A DNA stretch of 64,000 nucleotides, from the NCBI RefSeq assembly GCF_009914755.1, contig NC_060925.1; one strand, written 5' to 3'. This stretch comes from the human T2T-CHM13v2.0 reference genome, Homo sapiens. The notes beneath the pieces were generated by a model, which had not been told where the DNA came from, made no database searches, and saw nothing but the letters and a program-made list of their open reading frames with translations. This document shows, one piece after another, positions 57,299-64,000 of the stretch. Both the position numbers and the translations under genes were made by a program. Position 1 is the first letter of the stretch. Every line of letters begins with the position of its first letter.

Positions 57299-57371
57299 TG
57301 AAGGCCATTGACACTTGGTTTTTTCATGGAAGTTAAATCTAATACATGACAATTAAAGAATTGAAATTATT

Positions 57372-57697
<326 letters not shown>

Positions 57698-60600
57698 CTA
57701 GCAAGTTACATTCTTCTGATGAAGGATACTATATTACAGCACATGGTATACAACAGTGGTCAAAGAAACACCACATCAAATGAACATATAGTATCCTTTA
57801 TCATCTGCAGAGTAGTGGAAATATTTGGAATCATTAATTGAAATATCTGCTTAAAAAAACTAAAGTCAGGGTAGTGCAGTGATAAAGGACGAAAAGGCTC
57901 ATTTACTAAGTTGTGCATTAAAATTAAGCATGAGATGATCATGTGGTTTTTGTCATTTGTTCTGTTTATGTGGTGAATAACATTTATTGATTTACGTATG
58001 TTGAACCAACATTGCATCCCATGGATAAAGCCTACTTGATTGCAGTGTATTAGCTTTTTGATGTGCTGCTGGATACATCGTGATTGTTTTGTTTTGTTTT
58101 GTTTTGTTTTTTAGGATTTTTGTGTCTATATTCATCAGGATACTGGCCTGCAGTTTTCTTTTTTGTTGTATCTCTGCTAGGTTTTGGTATCAGGATGATG
58201 CTGGTCTCATAAAATGAATTAGCAAGGAGTCCCTCCTCCTCAATTTTTTGGAATGGTTTCAGTAGGAATGGTACCTGCTCTTCCTTACATATCTAGTAGA
58301 ATTCAGCTGAGAACCTGGCTGGTGCTGGGCTTTTTCTGGTTGGTAGGATTTTATTACTGATTCATTTTTGGAATTCACCATTGGTCTGTACAGAGATTCA
58401 ATCTAAATGCCCATCAATGGTAGACTGGATTTTAAAAATGTGGTACACATACACCATGGAATACTATGTAGCCACAAAAAAGAATGAGATTTTGTCCTTT
58501 GAAGGAACATGGATGGAGCTGGAGGCCATTATCTAAGCAAACTAACACAGGAACAGAAAACCCAAAACCCCATGTTCTCACTTATAAGTGGAAGCTAAAC
58601 ATCAAATACATATGGACACAAAGAAGAGAACAACAAATATTGGGGCCTTCTTGAGGGTGGAGGATGGGAGGGTGAAGACAGAAAAACCATCTTTCAGGTG
58701 CTATGCTTATTACCTGGGTGACAAAATAATTTGTACATCAAACCCCCCCATGACATGCAATTTACCTACGTAGCAAACCCGCACATATACTCCTGAATCT
58801 AAAACAAAAGTAAAACATAAAAATAAAAAGGTAAACATGAGATAAATCAAAGATGGCTTACTATTAGATAAATTTCCTAGATACAGAGGTAGAGGAAACA
58901 ACGATTTGGGGATGAAACCAGCACGTATCTACAAGTCTTTCCAAACACATCACAATTTTCTTCTTTTCTGCCTTACGCTATAATTTCTGAGTCCAGTTTA
59001 AAATGAACAGATCTTGAAGCATCACTCATATTTAAACAGGAGTTACTGTCTATAGTTTTTAATTTAACTGAATTCAGAAGGGGTTGCTGGACCAGATGGA
59101 GGACTGGCAAATGACAGTCATGGGGAACTGTGGCCTGCTGCCTATTTTTGTAGGGCTCTGACTACAATAGATTTTATATTTTGACATCTTTTTAAATTTA
59201 AAATAAGAATAACATTTTTATAATTAAAATTATATTCATAAAATTTATATGAAATTCACATTTGTGTCCATAAAGTTTTATTGGAACACAACCATGTTCA
59301 CTAGTTTACATATTCCCCATGGCTGTTTTCACACTATCAGGGTACAACAGAGTAGTTGCAACAGAAACCACAGAAGCTAGAATGTCCCGTCCTCTCACCT
59401 GGCCTAACTGGGCCTTCAGGTACAAATGCTTTGTTACCAAGTAGAAGTAGCAGGCCAGTAAGTGTGTACATTTCTAATCCTACCCCATATGAATGAAAAT
59501 AAATCATGAGAGAGGCACTGGCACGATTCTTATTTCCAGTGAATGGATTAGCTCGATGGTCAAGCCTGATGTTTCTTTTTGGAGAGGAAAGTTTGGGTTA
59601 AAATAAGTGATAGATAAAAAGAAAGTGGCATAATTACCTAAATAAGATATCTCACAAATATACTATTAAAAGGGAATAGTTATTAAAAGGGAATAGTTAT
59701 GTATTAACTATTAAAAGGGAATAGTTATGTAACTATTAAAAGGGAAAATCAAACATAGCTTTGTTTACGACAGCCTTAGAGCAAGAAAATAATTTTCTCT
59801 CTTACCTTTTATTCAGACACCTGTAAGAGTGAAATAAATTGTCTCTCTAAGACCCTACCATTTCTAGAGCAAAATGCCACGGATCTGGGAGGCAGCAGGC
59901 TTGAGCAACATCGTTACTGGAGTGATGTACAGCATATGCTTCAGTGAAACAAAGGAAATTCAGGTTTCACACACACACATGCTGATGTGGTTTGTATCTG
60001 GAGATAAAATGCATCCTGTATGACCCAGTGGTGGTAGGACAAAGAAGTCTGTGTGTGAGTTCCATGGATGGATCCCTCAACAAACAACCCTCTCCTACTG
60101 TTGCTGTGCCCTTTGCCTGTGATACAGCCCTTTTTTGAGTATAAGCTGCTTGAGTCCTGTGAATTTCTTCAGCAATCCAACACCAACATTCTTACCACCT
60201 GGTAAGACTAAACAACTTAATATATATAAAAGCAAATAAAATACTTCTACGTGAAAACTATCTCAATAAATGTCTATGTCTTTCATTAAATACTGCTTCA
60301 CTGATTAAATAATGTATAGGTATAGGAAGCATGTCCCTATCTCTGAGTTTCATCTGCAAAATGGAGATAACATCTTTGAAATCAGACTTTAATTCATAAA
60401 TGTATGTAAATAGTTTTCAGTGTAGTGGGTATTCAACAATATCTATAACCATATAGTAAGTATGCAGTAAATCAATGAAGCTGTTATTATCATTAATATT
60501 ACTCAAAGGAAAAATAAAGCATGATTAGTAGAAACCTGCTTCTTCATTTTGTATCAGTCTGTGTAACAAAAATCTTTTCTCCAGCACATTGATCACACAG

Positions 60601-62472
60601 GTAAGCAGCAGTGAGATGAAGGAGCTTATAGATACAGCAGATACAAAACCCCACAGGGTAGACATATAAAAATTATAGCAATATAATAAGCACATTAATA
60701 GTAAAGGATGGAAGACACTATACTAATGTAGAGAAGAAATAAACACTTTCTTGGAGGCCAGGAAATAGATCTGAAAGGAAATGACATTTCATGTGAGATT
60801 CAAACTTGAATATAACTTTGGTAGGTAGACATGGACAAAATCAACACTTAGGAGAAACAGAATGTGAAAGACCAACAAGAAAAAGAAAAAGCATAACTGC
60901 GAAGCTTCAAAAAATCAGCATGACTAGAACTCAGAAAATTCATTGTGATGGGTGATGTGAGGTAGGGAGGAATCAGAAAAGATTTTATAGACCTGACAAG
61001 GAGACTGAACTTTACTCAGAGAGTGATCAGCGAGCCACTGATGGATTTTAAGCAAGTGAGATGCATAGACAGACGGACCATGGTTTCATGAGTGTGGATC
61101 CTGGATTACAGTCGGGAGTTAACAATATATAATGTTCAGGTAGAAGAGCTATTTCAGACATCAGTTTCTACTGTGTTTAATTTTTGTAATATCTAGTACA
61201 ATAGCCATATGAAATGAATTTCACATTTATCAACACATAAGAAATACTTAAAGTATCAGGTTTGTTACTTCACAAAGGTGAAATACTAAAATATTTGAGA
61301 ATACAAAAATGGGCTTTGTAGCCCAAATAAACATCAAATTCAAGAAAAAATTATCTGAAAATTTCATGCAAATCATGTATGATAGAAAAATTATAACGTT
61401 AAAAACTGATTCAATTATTGAGAAAAGCAATGATGTTCCAGTAGAAAAGTACAAGCATAAATAATTCACACAGTTAAAGCACAATAGTCAACAAGTAAAT
61501 GGAAAGTGTTCAAATTAATTTAAGTAATTTTGAAAAGAACAGTAGAATGTTTAATTATAAAATTAGTAAGATTAAATATTTAAGCCTATACAGTTATGGT
61601 AAAATCAGTTTACATATACATAGTTTGAGTCAGCATAAACAGATACGTATGGATTTATAAACAAAATGCTGAGGTTTAGCCAGAACCCTAAAAATGCACT
61701 AATATTTTGTCATTTCCTTTTTACTACTTAAAATTTATGTAATAAATTTTTAAAATATCATGTACAATTAATTTTCCTGCAACTCCATTACAACAAGAAA
61801 AACTGAGAGAAGTTTCACTATCCAAAAAGATAATAAATTATATTATAGAAGTTATAAGTAAGCATACATTAAAATAATCAAAATAATATTAATGATTTCA
61901 AATATAATATGAAATGTAAAATCTTCTATACAGTTCTTAAATGATTTTTAAAACTATCCACAAATATTCAAGAAAATAGAAAACTATTGAAAGTGATTGA
62001 GAGACAAAGAAAGGAGAAAGCATAAAGCTGGACTGTTTTGGAAACAAAAAGTTATCCTGATTGAGTTGAAAAAAGGCTGAAGAAGGTAATGAAGGTGTTT
62101 TCCATTAGCAACCATTTGTAAATTAGTTTCAGGGCACAAAACGTGATATAAAACATCTGAGAGCATTTTTAGTTAACTTGCACAGTTCTGCTATAAGACA
62201 TATTTCTAAAATGGTTTGGTCCTGAGCGTCGGTAGGAAGAATATGTTCTGTAAGTAAAGATGGGATGTATGGCAGGGACTTTATGGAGTACAGCTGGAGA
62301 ACCCTGGAGCTCTCAGCAAGGGAGAAGGCTATGTATTAAGTAAACTCTTGCATGATCATCTTACGTGATCCCTGGAGGAAAATAGTGGGAGTAGGACATC
62401 ACAACCTGTTCTCATTTCTTTGCTCAGTTAGGAGATTAAAAGTCAAATAATTATCCATTAAAACTTATCACC

Positions 62473-62836
62473 TGCGATGGCTCAAGTCTGTACTTGAGGT
62501 GGCTCAAGTACAAGTACAAGTCTGTACTGCGGTGGCTCAAGTCAAACCCAGCACTTGGGGAGGCTGAGGCAGGCAGATCATGAGGTCAGGAGATCAAGAC
62601 CATCCTGGCCAACATGGTGAAGCCGTGTCTCTACTAAAAATGCAAAAATTAGCTGGGCATGGTGGTGCGTGCCTGTAGTCCCAGCTACTCAGGAGGCTGA
62701 GGCAGGAGAATCACTTGAACCTTGGAGGCAGAGGCTGCAGTGAGCCAAAATCACACCACTACTGCACTTCAGCTTGGGCAACAGAACAAGACTCTGCCTC
62801 AAAAAAAACAAAAAACAAAAAACAAAACAAAAAAAA
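62473..62836 (+). mobile_element. Alu with rearranged 5' end, only in copy 2
   Basis: Alu dimer; TSD-like AAAAC(C)TTAT(C/T)A; empty site at ~28447-28462. Confidence 0.9.
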
Positions 62837-62993
62837 CCTTATTAACTGATGAAACACAATGGGCACCAAAAACAGAGAACACAAAACAAACAAAAAAGAT
62901 GAAAATAAAATGTGTTGTAGTTAGTAACATTATATAGAATTTTAGAAATAATTTAATGTTTGTACTTAATATGTGCATAAATTAATTAATTAA

Positions 62994-63300
<307 letters not shown>

Positions 63301-64000
63301 TAATTAAAAGTTTAATAGGATTTAGCTTCAGGTCTTTGAAGATTGGTTTTTCTCTTTACTTAAGTAAATATTTCAGATTTGGTCTTTTTATTAGGAAACT
63401 TGTTGAAAAAAATTTTCATCCTATCAAATGATATCTTAAAACTGTGATAAACATTAATTGTGGAGTAATGTACATAAACTATGTGTTGACATACAAATTA
63501 TTTATAGTTCTTTACCATATATTACATTTTTATTTATATATTAATATTTATTTATATGTTGCTTATATGATGTGTTATATCCACACAGATCTATTTTTCT
63601 AGAGACAATGCCAATTCTAAATTATTTTCATATTTTGCCATCACAATATATACAAATGTATACACATGTACATACCTATTTTCTATTCATCATAATCCAG
63701 TTGTAATTATATCTCGGATTTTTTATTTGGGGTGAGCTTTTGCTTCCTTGTTTTATGATTCTTTGTTCATTCTAAATTTTCTTCACTGAAAGTACATTAT
63801 GTTTACAGTCAGAAAAATGATAGTATAAAAAACTTACCCAGGCAGTATCTTAGCTGAACTAGCAGGGGCAGACACGGCTCAGCTTTCTGCTAAAAGATTT
63901 CATGACAGGCAAAGAAAAGAAAGGAGAACGGAATTGAATAGAGATTTAAAATCTGTACTCTTATCCCAACCTACGTAAATCTTAGGCATGAGAGGACTGC

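Overview
Human (primate) genomic DNA from the CFH/CFHR complement-regulator cluster (RCA locus, 1q31), recognised from the translated exons. It holds the 3' part of CFHR4 (7 coding exons, SCR3-SCR9 of FHR-4A, + strand), about 25 kb of repeat-rich intergenic DNA, the complete CFHR2 gene (5 coding exons, 813-nt CDS, 270 aa, + strand) and about 11 kb of 3' flank (towards CFHR5 by recalled gene order). Most other ORFs in the track come from Alu, L1 or LTR elements. I see no convincing wholly new gene or system. The best second-look items are: a frameshifted factor H SCR7-like pseudoexon in CFHR4; the CFHR4 internal-duplication junction 75 nt upstream of an exon; an old ~8-10 kb duplication bracketing CFHR2, with a junction just past its polyA signal and an LTR12-linked 2.4-kb deletion; in-frame tandem acceptors on all three SCR19-like exons; a full-length L1 with an apparent 21-nt 3' transduction and an antisense promoter facing CFHR2; and two templated-insertion scars. 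Repeat subfamily calls and most repeat boundaries are by eye and approximate.
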